From: the human T2T-CHM13v2.0 reference genome, Homo sapiens
Length of the DNA stretch: 64,000 nucleotides
Assembly (NCBI RefSeq): GCF_009914755.1
Contig: NC_060941.1
Reading direction: 5' to 3' (one strand)
Below are positions 12,862 to 28,686 of the stretch, one piece after another. Position 1 is the stretch's first letter. Each line of letters starts with the position of its first letter. The notes beneath the pieces were generated by a model, which was not told the origin of the DNA, searched no databases, and worked only from the letters and a program-made list of their open reading frames with translations. The position numbers were made by a program, and so were the translations under genes.

Positions 12862-14241
12862 TAAGTTGGTGACAGGGCCAATGTTTATTTTGTTTTTGGC
12901 TTGTAAACAATTCACACATCGAAAACATCTCTGCCCTGCTCCTTCACTAATCCCCAGGGCCCTCCAGGTATGTCAAGCTGTTCAATATACACGTTAAGCC
13001 TTTGGCATTAAGTCAGGAACTTTCTACCCACATCCAAGAGACCTTATTACCCCTGTGACTTGTATTTCTGCATTTTTCTTTTCCTAACTCAGATCCCCCA
13101 CCTGGAAGATCTTCTGTTTGTAGTTAAGTACTAAAAGTCTATATAATTCATAACCGCGAGGGCAGAGAAAACTCTAAAACCACCTGCCTGTATGTGGCTT
13201 TCGGGAAGCAACATTCCTGTGATCACACAAGCTGAAAAGGAATAAAAGTGCTCTCTCACAACAGCACCAAGTTGAGGTACTTTCCCTTCTTTCCTGGGAT
13301 GGAACAAGAAGTGTTTCCTTTCTTTTCCATGTTTGTTAGAATTTGGATGGTTTCTATTCTCTCAACTCAGTGTTACTGATTGGCTGGAAGAGTTCATTCC
13401 ACCCTTTTAGCCAAAGTCACTTTTGAACAGGCTGTTTTCGACTGCCAGGCAAGCACCACACAAAATTGGCATGAGATGCTTTTCTTTGGTTCCATTGGCC
13501 TCTCCTTTCTCTCTCCATCACTCCACTTACAGAATCTTGCCCTCCCCATCTAATGCCCCATATTGTCACATTTTCTCCCAGCTAACTTTCTTTTGGTAAA
13601 ATCTCTAATGTGTGACAATTTCAACGGGTAACTTGCATTAGAAAGCCTCTGATTGTCAAGTAAAGTTCTAGTCTCGCAGTGAATTTTTTTGGCCCCCATC
13701 AGTTCAGTTTTCGGCAGGTGGGCAGGGGAAACATTTTGGGAGAGCGGCAGCTGGCCCTTCTCTCCTCACTGAAATCACACTACCAGTTTGACTTCGCCTG
13801 GTGTTAAGATTAATTCTTTTACTACTGCCTATTACTGACTCATTTCTCTTTCCTTTTGAAAATATGTTATGACATCGAGCCCCAAATTCAAGTATAAAAC
13901 TAGATTTGGTGGCAAGAAATTCTCTTCTAAGGAATAGTTTTAGACTTTAGAGTCTGATGAGCCAGACTGAGAAGCATGTGTTACCACAGGGGTATAAACG
14001 TAGGGTTGGAGTTTGAAAAAGGGTATGTATAGCCTGGCGATAACAATTTGAGAATCACCACAATAAATGAGACCTGAAGACAATGGGGATAGATGATATC
14101 ATTGAGGGAGAGAGAATGTATAGCTGGGAAAGAAGTAGGGAATAGATACCAGAAAACAGAGATTATTTACTGTATGGGGAAGGCCTAAAATCAGAAGACA
14201 ATAGAAGAGATTGAGAAGCTGCTGTCTAAAAAAGAAGAAAA

Positions 14242-14583
<342 letters not shown>

Positions 14584-14609
14584 TTAACCTTGGGAATCTC
14601 TTCTACTTG

Positions 14610-14712
14610 GCTATGAGCTCCTTCAGGAAAAAGACTCTCTTATTTATCTTACAGTCGAAGGCTAATGGCTCCTGGCACATAGTAGGTGCTGAATAAATGT
14701 TTGCTGAATAAG
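14610..14712 (+). mobile_element. L2 3' end
   Basis: cctggcacatagtaggtgctgaataaatgtttgctgaat. Confidence 0.8.
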
Positions 14713-16192
14713 TGCCTTCTCTTTTTAAAAATAACCTGTTTGTCCCTTCAGTGGGGCATATGTTCTTTGAGGTTTTTTTGTTTTTGTTGTTGTTGTTGTT
14801 TTTTTTTTAACTGATGCTTAAAAGAGGGTCTGAAACTTTTGTGTTCTGTCATTTTCAAAATACCCTCTAATTATACCCTAATAGTTATATAGGTATCATA
14901 GCTAGAATTTCCCAACAGGCAGGATTTCAACTCACTGTTTGGGTCCTGTTACTTTCTGTATATTTTTATAACTCAGTTGTAACTAAAAAAAAAAACCCTC
15001 ATAATTGAAATTCTCAAGAACTTTTCTATTTACTGGCAGTATATTAATATACACAAATGCAAACACATTTATTATTCTTTGTCCCCTATTTAAAAACTGA
15101 ATAACAACAAGTGTCAACTTTTAAAACCCATCATGCATTCTTCAGGCTTCACCTTAACCCCACCTTCCTCTAGACTTAGAAGCTCCAAAATATCACAGCT
15201 CACAGAGAAATAGAGCCTGCAACAATTAACCAACTTAATTTTCACAGATGCTACCATCAATCAATACATATTACATATTAATTTTCACATATGCTACAAT
15301 CAGTTTTTCACAAGCTTCACTAAAAAGGTCAGTATACACCGAACCAAAAATTTAGCAGTTTTAAGGATTAATGAAAACTAAGTAGATACTACTTCAGAAT
15401 TATGAATCTGATTGTCAGCCAACTCAGGGTCTAAAACCTTATGGAATGTATTACTACTGTATTTACTGATCATGCAGTTGAATGCCTGCTTTGTACAAAG
15501 CACTGTGGTAGTGGGCGGGGGGGGCGGGGCAGACCAAGACTAAGCTCAGTACAGATAACTGGGGAATCAACTCACACTACAGTCGTTGAAAAAATAACCC
15601 ATTATTATAAAGAAATGCATCAAAACAACATAATAGATTATACAAAGAATATAAATATATAAATATCCACTATTATTTCTGAAAGGAAACTTATTTCTCA
15701 GATGTCTGTTAGGGTTGTTTGGCTGAGAAGGGGGGTGGGTAAAACAAATAGTACGCAGCTGGTGGAAAGAGAAGGACTATAAGCAGGTGGCAAAAGGGAA
15801 AACAGTAGTCACTGGGGGTCAGGAATCTGAAGGTCATACCACAGGGTGACATCACAGAAAAGAGAGCCCTGACTACACTTTAAGAGCTCCCGAAGGGGAA
15901 ATTGGGAGGTAGCATCCATAAGGGGAGAAGTACCCCCATGTACAGGGAATGCTACATCTCAGAAAAGAGGATCTTGCACTGTGTCTACGGGAGCCCATGA
16001 TGAGTGTAAGAGAAAAGGGTCAAAAAGTCTCTTTGTGACTGATGTACGGACAAGAAGAATGGTGTTTCTATCCTGCATATGCAAGAGGACTTGGAGGCTT
16101 TCTGTCTCTCATTGGTACAAACTCCCTGAACCAACTGGAGATAAACTCTGTTCATCTTCTATGTGGTGAAAGTTGACTGTGGAACAAACAGA

Positions 16193-16325
16193 CATACTAT
16201 ATACACCAACACACAACATATATATGTGTGTGTATGTATATATATAGTATGTATGTGTGTATGTACATATATAGTATGTGTGTGTATGTATATTTATAGT
16301 ACTTGTGTGTGTATGTGTGTGTGTA
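16193..16325. repeat. (TA)/(TG)/(CA) compound microsatellite
   Basis: Direct observation. Confidence 0.9.
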
Positions 16326-17555
16326 TTCCTACTATAATACATTCACTGCCCTCAGAGGAACCTTAGTCTAGTGGAAATGACAAAATATGTCCACAAGTAA
16401 TTAGAATGAAGGTGATGTGTCTGAACTCAACAAAAGGTAGCTATTAGAAATCCTCAGGAAGCAAACTCTTTCAGTGAAACTTAGGAATTCTCATTAAAGA
16501 TAAGAAAAAAACAAGGACACATACTATCACTGGTACTACTTGATATGGAACTGGAGGCCTCACCTGTGCAATATGACAAACATTAATAAATAAGGATGAA
16601 ATACAGGAAGGAAGATACAAACATTAAATCTGTTTAGGAATGATACAATTGCCTACTTAGAAAATTTAAGAAATCAACTGAAAGATCATTAGAAGTAATG
16701 TTGGTAAGAGCTCTGGTGAGACAACTGTAATACTCCTAAATACCAGAATTATCCATTTAGAAAAAACAAGGGAAACCCATGAAAAGAAAATATACCATAA
16801 TATATTTGGGAATAAGTTTAATAAGAAATGTACAACACATCCATCCATATTAGGATAGATTTCAGTTGTAATGAAAAAACTAATGAAATGCAAAGAGATG
16901 TAAAGTTCCTGAATGGGAAGACTCAATATCGCAAAGATGTCAATTGTCCTGAGACTAATTCATAAATTCAATACAGTCCCCATAAGACAATCAGTGGGAT
17001 TAAAAAAAAATGAACTCTACAATCTTAGCCCAAGATTCATGTGAAGGAGAAAATGCTGAAGAATAACTAAGACAATTTAGTTTAAATTTTTAAAAAGATG
17101 ATGAGAGGAGTCTTCTCTTTATAGATGATATTTACTACATATTAGTACTCTTCAGAAAGGTTTTGCTTGTAATACCTGATTGAATCCTCACAACAAATTC
17201 ATAAGGTGAGTACCACTATTAATTCATTTTCAAGATAGGGAAACTGAGGCAAATCAAGCAAGTAACTTGCTTAACGTTCCATAGCAAGTAAGTGGAAGTG
17301 GCAGAGCTGAGATCTGAAGCCAGGCACTGTGGCTCTGAAGCTCATGCTCTTAAGTACCCTAATAGATGGCTCATATTGGCACAGGAAATCGATAAATGGG
17401 AAAGAAGAGAAAGTCCCAGATTCACACACATATCAAAAATTTGATTTTTGAAAATGATGGCATTTCCAAAAAATGGGAGAAATATATCTCAGTCAATACA
17501 TGGTATTAGTATTAATAACTGGCTATCTATTTGGAAAGGAAACTAGTAAAATCCC

Positions 17556-18194
17556 TGTATTAGTTTTTTATCATTGCTGTAACAAATTACCCAAAGTTAG
17601 CAGCTTAAAACAACACAGATTTATTCCCTCACAGTTTTGTAGGTTGGAAGTTTGAGGGAGCTCAGCTGGATCCTCAGCTCTGGGTATCACAAGGTCAAAA
17701 TCAAGGTGTCAGCTGGCCTGGGCTCTTATCTGGAGGCTCTGGGGGAGAATTCACTTCTAAGCTCATTTGGGTTGTTGGCAGAATTCACTTCCTTGGCACT
17801 ACAGGGCTGAGGTTCCCATTTCCTGGCTGGCTGTGAGCTGCGCGTCCCTCTCATCTCCTTGCGACTGCTATTCCTCATCATGTTGTCCTCTCCCTCTTTA
17901 AAGTGGCAATGGCGCAATGGTTCTTAGGCTTCAAATCTCTCTAGCCCCCCCGCCCTCTTTTGCCACATTTGCCATGTTCTCCTGCCTCCAGCTGCAGAAA
18001 GTTCTCGGCCCTTAGTGGTCATGTGTCTGGATCAGCCCCACCACTTGGATAATCTGGGATCATCTGCCTTTTTTAAGGTTACTTATTAGTAACCTTGATT
18101 ATATCTGCAAAATCTCTTGCAATGCAATGTGCATAGTCACAGATGCCAGGGACTGGGGTATGGACCTCCTTCAGGGGCCATTCTGTCTACCCCA
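17556..18194 (-). mobile_element. MLT1D/E-type solo LTR
   Basis: tgtattagtt...ttgctgtaacaaattacc ... ggggccattctgtctacc; TSD atccc/atcct. Confidence 0.88.
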
Positions 18195-18501
18195 ATCCTT
18201 CTCCCACATAATATATCCCACATAACATAACAAATTTGAGGTAGATTAAAGAGTTAAATGTATGAAACGAAACTCTCAAAAGTATAAGAAAATAAAAGAG
18301 AATATATTTCATAATCTAGGTTAGAGAGTACCTTCCTAAGCAAGCTTGGAAACCATAGGGAAAAAGATAGAAGGTAATCTTCTCAAAAAATTAAAATATT
18401 GAATAAAAAATTAAAAGATAAGCAATTCTGAATTCTGAGAAAGTATTTGCAACTTATCTAACTAACAAATGATTAACATACAGACTATGTAAAAAATAAA
18501 C

Positions 18502-18790
<289 letters not shown>

Positions 18791-19925
18791 AAAAAATAAA
18801 CTTCTATAGATCAAATTAGAAAAACAAATCAATAGAAACAATTAGCAATAAATGTGATCAAGCAATTCATGGAAATGCAAATACTTTCCACTCTTAGTAA
18901 TGAATGATTAGATAATCCATTCCCAGGTCTGTTTCAAAATGTTAGGCAAGGCAGGGAAGAATTATGGGGTCAAGATCCTGGAGATGACATAAAGCAGAAG
19001 AATTTGTAAAGCTGGCATGTGGGGACATTTTTACATGGTGGCCTTTGCCAATTCTAGAGTGGTTGGTGAGAGGCTGAGAAGCTGAACAAATCTTTCTTTT
19101 AACAGTTTCACACACAAAAAATCCAAAGAGACAAAAATTGCAGTCCAGGGCTCACTCAGGAGGAGTGTCTGATAAAATCCCTATACTTTGGGTGGATTCC
19201 AAAGGGCTACACTCTAGGAGTAGGAGTGAATTGGAAATAAACCAGCTCTCTCCAGAACTGAAGTTTAGCTTCAAGTCATCTCAATCTTTGAAAATAAATT
19301 AAGGCTATTCAAGATTACAAGTGCCACTACCTGTCTATCTAGAAACAAATCTAAGTTCTCTGGAGGAAATTAACATCATCCTAGGTCTTAAAATTGTTTC
19401 TATAAATTTTCATATAAAATATCTGGCACTCAATCAAAAATAGGCAGACTCACAAGAAGCAAGACAACATGCCAAGAGAAACAAAAGACAATGAAACAAG
19501 ATCCTTGTGAGCTCCAGATCATGGTTACGAGACTTAGACTTTACAAGAACCAAGACATAGGTCCAACAGAATAAGAAAAATGATTGTGAATTTTGATATA
19601 GAATAAGTAATTTAAAAAGAACTAAGTAGAAAGTCTAGCTCTGGAAAATATAATAAGCAAAATTAAGAATGAGTTTAACAGTAGGTTAGACACAGCTAAG
19701 GAGAGAATTAGTGAGCTAGAGACTGGGTAAAAATAAAATATCCAGAATAAATACAGACATAGGAAACAGGGCTAGAAGGTCTAATATATACATAATTGTA
19801 TTTCCAGAAGGAAGACAGAGAGATAGAGTTAGACAGAAGTAAAAGTAGAAAAATCTAAATACCGTAACTACTAAAAAAAGTATATCTATAATTAATTACA
19901 AATCTTCCAACAAAGAAAAGTCTAG

Positions 19926-20237
<312 letters not shown>

Positions 20238-20676
20238 TGAGAATATTATAATAAAAGAAAACTATAGGCCAATATCCCTGAGAAACATAGATGCAAAAAT
20301 CCTAAACAAAATATTAGTAGACCAAAATCCATCTACAGGTTAAAAAAAAGGGATAACAAATGGGATTAATTCCATGAATGCAATATTATTATATTATTAA
20401 TATTATTATATCAATAACATTAGAAAATAAACCTGTAAATTTTACTGCATTCACTGAATAAGAAACAAAATTCATATGATTACTTCAAAAGATGGAGAAA
20501 AGGCATTTAAGAAAATTCAACATCTACTTGTGATTTTAAAAATGGAAAATGAACTCTTACTAAGAATAGAAAGAAAATTCCTTACTGTGATGAAGGCAGT
20601 CTATACAAAATCAATTGTATTTCAGTATGTCAGCAACAAACTGTGAGAAAATGCAATTTTTAAAAATGCCATTTAA

Positions 20677-20995
<319 letters not shown>

Positions 20996-21187
20996 TTAAA
21001 TAAATAGGAGCAAATCCTACCACCCAGAAGATGTTAAAGATATCTTCATAGAAAATGTAAAACAGAAAAATTAATTAATGTTTAAATAAAGTAGAGGGAT
21101 ATACTATGTTCACAGTAATGACTGGAAGACATTAGAAATTGACAAACCAAGTCTAAAATTTATATAGAAATCAGAAGAACCTACCAC

Positions 21188-21290
21188 TGAAATGTAAACT
21201 TCACAAGGGCAAAGATTTTCATTCGGTTTGTTCAGCAACGTATATCCAGGCCATATAGTAGGTGCTCAGTAAATGTTTGGTGAATTGAAG
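21188..21290 (+). mobile_element. L2 3' end
   Basis: atgtaaacttcacaagggca...tagtaggtgctcagtaaatgtttggtgaat. Confidence 0.75.
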
Positions 21291-22246
21291 TTTCAAAGTG
21301 TCTAAAGAGTTTACAGTAAGAGTTCACGCTGAGCTTCATTCAGTTACCATGGCACATTCTGATATACCATCTCATTTACCTTCCTGTTTATGAAATCACA
21401 CAAAGCCTCAAAATCTTATATGCTGAATGGAGCAGTTGGGATCATTCGGTTTAGTTTTTCATTCTTTCTTCAGGGCATTCAGGCAAATAAAATCTTAAGC
21501 TGAAGAGTAGAAAAATAAGATAAATTGCTGCTCTGGTTTCAACTGGGGGAGCCTGGCCTGGAGCACCACCCCTTGGATTATCAACCCTAAGAAACAGGAC
21601 AAGCATCTGAACATGATATCTGTGCCCTTCCCAACATGGCTGCTACCTAACTGAGCTGAGAAGAGCCCCCCAAATAAGTTTGTCAGGGCCAAGACAAACA
21701 GATTGCAAATTCCTTCTTATTAATAATAAAAAACTGGACAATCTGGCTGTCAGCGTGCTCTTTACCTCCTATTTCTTCTCACCATTTTAGAATAAACCTG
21801 TCTGTAAATCTCACATACAAAACCTAAAAAGGATCTTTAAACTATTTATTTTCCTTTATTATAATAGAAGTTCCTAGAGTATAACCACATTTTCTATGCT
21901 ATTTGTATATACTGAGAGCTAAGTACGTATTAAGTTGCTGGATTCAAAACAAACTTTGTACTTAATAAAATTTAAATGATGCCAATTACATTATATTCTT
22001 TACTAATTCTTAGTTTTTCATTTAATTCAATAAGTTACATGCATTTGAACACTTTCTAACTATATATTTTTTCTACTGGAACTATGCCTTCTAATTTTGT
22101 ATATAAATCCAACAGGATATCTACATGGAACATACATTTAAATGGCCTTTTAAACTTCTGAATTGTCTGTTGCATTGAAAAATCAACTTTCTTTCCTTGT
22201 TTCTAGTTTAAACTGACGTACATCTGGTACCTTTAAAACATCTCTA

Positions 22247-22569
<323 letters not shown>

Positions 22570-23746
22570 TCATTTGTTTGCCAATAAACAATTGCAATTG
22601 CTTCTACCTCAAAATAGCCCTTTCTCAACAGAAAAAGGGCTGGACTATAGTAAAAAAAAGGAACTGCAAGTTAAGTGGCCCCTCGGAATGTTTGATACGT
22701 TTTTCCAAACATGACAAGCACAATCAGTAGTCATCAAACATTTCTCTCTGCTGACTCAACCCCACCCTCTTTTTAACATCACTGTGTTGATCTCTACTTT
22801 CTCTTTCTACCTGTTCACTGAATTCTATGAATTCAGTGCTTAGTAGCTGTCAGAACAGGAAGCCTTGATAGAATACTGTGGGAACATAAACATATATATT
22901 CCTTTCTATCTTCCTGGGAAACTATATTTGATCACCCAGGTTAATACTTGATAATTCTATTCTGCTTGCCCACCAATTTTAAAAGGTGGGATAGAACACA
23001 TCTTGGTTTTAAGTTTCTTCTATTTTATTCTTTAAGAGCCTCCATAATTTACTTGTTTGGAGTAAATCATATGTCTTGATCGAAAACATAATTTTTAATA
23101 AGGCTAAAATGAAAGCCAAAACTGTCTTAAAAATTAAACGAAAAGACATGAGACTATACCACAACATTACTCCATTCTAAGAATAGAAGATGAGACCCAG
23201 CCCCAAGGCAGGCAAAGCCTGGCTTTGAACCCTCCAGTCCCAGGTCAGAGATCTGTGTGCTCCTGCGGCTCTCCCCGTGGTCTTCGTCATCCGTCAGTAT
23301 TCATTGCAGGGACGAAGAGCCACTTCAACAATGTAGAAAATGCTTTATGGAAAAACAGCTGCAGTGATGCAGTCGGTGCTTTGCTGACACGTGGATTTGA
23401 TATGTCAGCAAAGCACAGGATTAAAAACATGCAGCAAGCACATAGAGGATCCTGCCTCTTCTCTCCTCCCGCAGCACACTCAGCCCAGTGAGGTTAAAAA
23501 CAAAGAGAATCTCAAGAAAGCAAAGATGAAACAGAGCACGTTAACACCAGAAGAGTGCTTTAAGTGATCCTTTAAAAATGGCATTGCAATCATTGTGTAT
23601 GGTTTTTAGTGAGGGTTTTGGGTACAAGTGTTTGACTTGCTTTGGCGCTTTGCCACCAAAATCTATTAGAATAACTGATTTATAAGAAATATTTTGATAA
23701 GATGTGTATTTAATAAAAATACTAATGTCCTTGACACTGTGGTTCA

Positions 23747-23749
<3 letters not shown>

Positions 23750-23788
<39 letters not shown>
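23750..23788. repeat. T39 homopolymer, not attached to an Alu
   Basis: Direct observation. Confidence 0.97.
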
Positions 23789-25290
23789 CAGAAAACAGAG
23801 GCAAGTGTTCAAACTGTCACGGAGAATAACATGTGGCCAAAATTACATGTGGTTCTATCTCTCATAACAAGTCTTAGAATGATGCATCATACCAGCTGTC
23901 TGGGAACAAATGTATTTTGTTGGCATGGGAACAAAAGAATTAGTCTGAATTTTGTAATTAAACTGTGGTTATTAAAATTACTCGAAACAAACCAGAATAA
24001 TAACCATTAAACATGAAAAGTCAATAAAAGTCTTTGAATTACATTTCTGTTGCAATTCCTGTTTTCATAACGTGCTTTGGGATGAAACATAGCTTTGAGT
24101 TGTTAGTACTTTTAAATAGACTTCACTGCAGATGAGTTAGCCAACAGCAGCTAAGACTGTGAAGTTTTAAAATCCTTTATGGAAAATGAAAATTAAAGGC
24201 TTGGAAATCTGTAGAAGACCAATTCTTTTTAACAATTGTCACAATTATTGCACAATTGATTTTCTGTCTCTATAGCATCTTCTTCTTTAAGGCTGCCTGT
24301 GACTCCATAGATTTGTTGGTTACCCTTGATGATGACTGAGGTGGTTTAAAGATAAGCAGTGCTATCCACTGAAAGCTTTAAGTTTATTGATTTTGGTTCT
24401 CCTAATAACCATGCTACTCCTGGATAGATCACTGGGCATTGTGGGAGGCAAATCAACTCTTTGGGAATACAAATGATACTAGTTGTAACGGTATAACAGG
24501 CGGAAGGAGCTAAGGAGCTTCCAGAGTCGTCTAATATTACCCGAAAGCTACTTATACTAAAGGGACCAAGTTTTATTCTTTAAAAACCCAGAGACCTAGG
24601 AAGGAATCAGCAGAATGCTAAGTTCATCTATAGAGAAAAATCAAGGACTTTTTTGGTGTCTTTTCTGCTTTGGCCTTCTTATAGGAGAGATTTGAAAGAA
24701 AAATCTGTCTTGTTTTAGAGGAGAGCAGAAAGGTGGGTGCCACGGGCAGGGCACTGGCATTTTGCTTTCTCTTCATCTTTCCCTGACCTGTGAATGCTTT
24801 TTGGTGCTATAATGTCTGAGGAATAGCTGAGGGCCCAGAGAAGCCATGAATGATCCTACCAGATGAAATGACCACCCCGGATGAAAATGATAAAAGAATA
24901 TCTTTAATATTTGTTTTGATAAAAGTCTAGACAAGAATACACTGAGAAAAAGTCACTTAGAATATGTTTAGGAGGCCCAATACCAAGGGCCTGTGATCAG
25001 TACCCAAGTTCAGCAACTTTTGGAACTCTTCGTCCTCAAAGTCCCTGTGGCCTGTGATGCTGCTAATTCTTCCTCCCTCCTTCTCTCCATCTGTCACCCT
25101 CCCTCTCCCTCTTTCCATCCCGTCCTTCTTCCTCCCATTAATTCACCGAGCACCATTGGGCCTGATGCTGGGCTAAACGCTGGGATACAAGGATAAACAT
25201 GACACAGTCCCAGCTCAGGTCCCACCCTCAAAGTGTACCACCTACTGAGGGAGTTTGATGGAAAAAGCTTTAATGCGGAGGGCGGGGAGG

Positions 25291-25653
25291 TGCATTTTAG
25301 TCCGTTCTCACACTGCTATAAAGATACTACCCAAGACTGGGTAATTTATAAACAAAGGAGGTTTAATTGACTCACAGTTCTGCATGGCTGGGAGGCCTCA
25401 GAAAACTTACAATCATGGCGGAAGGGGAAGCAGGCACCTTCTTCACAAGGCGGCAGGAGACAGAGTGAGTGAGACAAAGGGGAAGAGCCTCTTATAAAAC
25501 CATCAGATCTTGTGAGAACTCACTAACACAGGAACAGCATGGGGGAAACTGCCCGCCATGATCCAGTCACCTCCCACCAGGTCTCTCCCTCAACACCAGG
25601 GGATTACAATTCAAGATGAGATTTGGGTGGGGACACAAAGTCTAACCATATCA
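25291..25653 (-). mobile_element. THE1 (C/D-like) solo LTR
   Basis: agactgggtaatttataaa...gagatttgggtggggacaca...accatatca. Confidence 0.93.
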
Positions 25654-26283
25654 GGGGGCCACAGAAAGTGCTGCAAAGGCACAGATAGATAAAAGTGGGA
25701 CATCAGGTGGGCAGGGCTGTTTTGAGGATAGGGGCTCCGGAAAGCAAAGGCCTTACAGAGTGATTCAATTCAACAAGCGCTGGTGGATGCCATGAAGATG
25801 ACAGATCGGGTCCTTACCCTAAGGGGCATAATGTCTAGTAGGAAATTCTCTTTGGTTTTCCTGCCTTTAAATTCTCCTGGCTCTGCTCTTCCTGCCCATT
25901 CCTTTTCAATCCTCTTTGCATCCTCCTCTATCTTCTCTGGTCCCTTGGCTGTGACCCTGCCTACCAATCTGCTCATGGCCCTCTTATATCCCTCTATGCT
26001 CTTCTTTGTCAATATTATCCACACATTCTGGGCTTCTGCTATATCTGCATCAAGACGACTCTGACATGCTTAAAGTCCTAGGGCTCTTTCTTGACTTCTG
26101 GATTCAGATTTTCATTTAAATGCCTCCAAATGAATGTCCTCCTGCTAGCATCTAGGATGCAACATCTAAAAAAATGATAGTGTCATTGTCCACTATATAC
26201 CAGCTTATCAATTTAAAAAGGCATTATTTTCAACACATTCCTTTCTTCCACTCTCTAAATCTCTATATTCTGTGAATTTTTCC

Positions 26284-26908
<625 letters not shown>

Positions 26909-28378
26909 TGAATTTTTGCTTTTAAATGCATCTTCACATTTACCCTCTTCTTTCTACCCCTTTTGACAATATCCAGCTCAAGCCTTCCGTATTTCTCTTG
27001 TGACCAGTGATGTGAATTTTAGGCCATAACCTCTGAATTGGTCTCCTTTCATTTCTTGTTCATCTTCCCTGCTGGACTAATCTTTGTAAAATATAACCTC
27101 AGTCATCTAGCACTCCCCAGCAAAGAAAAAGTCCCCCATTGCTGACAACTGCTTTCTAACGAATGACTGAACTGCTCAGCATTCCATCCAGAATTGGCTG
27201 CTGGTCCTGACACACAACACAGCGCTCAATAAAGAGTAGACACTCAGTAACAAATGATCCCTCTTCCCTTTTTTTAATGGATGAAATGAACAAAACGAAC
27301 TTTCTGGTCTTGTTTTCCTCTTCACTGATATCACACCTTCTGGCCAAGATGTTACTCAATGTCCCTTGAACACTCGGCATGTTCTGCTCTTCACTCTGCC
27401 CTCTAACTAGAATGTCCTTCCTCTCTGTTAATGCCCAGGCCAGATGTTCCCTTCTCCGCTATAAACAACTATAATCACACACGTTGCATCTCTATGATGT
27501 TTGATAGTTTTTGAAGTATTTTTACACACTTTATCTTGTTTTGATGTTCCCAAGAACCCTGTGGGAAGATATTTTACTAACATTTTACTGATTAGGAATC
27601 CATTATCCAGAAAGGTTGAGTGGCTTACCCATGATCACATGATTAGTAGTGACAAAGGTGGACTGAGAACCAGCAGCACTTTTCCCACTAGATCACGACA
27701 GTCCTTGAAGCCTCTTCTGGTTTCTCTCCCTGTGCCTTGGTGAGGGTATCTGGGACTCTGCAGCCCACGAGGGAACCTCTTTCCCCACCCTGCAACCCCT
27801 AAACACACACAATTACCATGGAGACCGTCTTTGGTCACTAGTGTCTCTCCTAAATTAGTTGATGTGTCTAGGCCTTAAATATGAAGTTGGTTGCTGCAAA
27901 GCTGTGATCGAAATGTTAAAGTGTGACTTTTAGCTATTTTAAAATAATTTATGAGTCACTTGTGCCTGCACAGTCCAGACCTTTAATGCTTGCAAAACCA
28001 GATGAGACTTACAACTAAACCAGCTGGCTGCAAAAAAATACTGAGCAGAAAACCAAAGAGGACCCCGGGGGCAACCCAAGACAGCAAGACAAGGTAGAAG
28101 CCAGGAGCCTTCAAGAGAAGGCTGGCAGAATGCTGATTCCTGCCGAACAGCTTTGGAAGGACCCGGCTCCCCGGAGGGCTGCAAGCTCTTGAAACAACCC
28201 CAAATTAGCAAGTGCCACACACTGCCTAGGCAGTGGGACCCTAACCTCTTCCTGGTTAAAGATCCTCTCCTTCCTTCCCATAGGATCAGGGAAGACGGAA
28301 GGAAGGACCAGTGCTTGCATTCTTTCTGCATATTGTGATTCTGAGCCTCCAAGCCATTTAGTAAAAGAACCAACTTCC

Positions 28379-28686
<308 letters not shown>

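Noticed and set aside
16193-16340. Apparent hairpin symmetry in the TA/TG tract (also 58810-58880)
   Set aside because: Expected from self-complementary dinucleotide repeats; not evidence of a miRNA.
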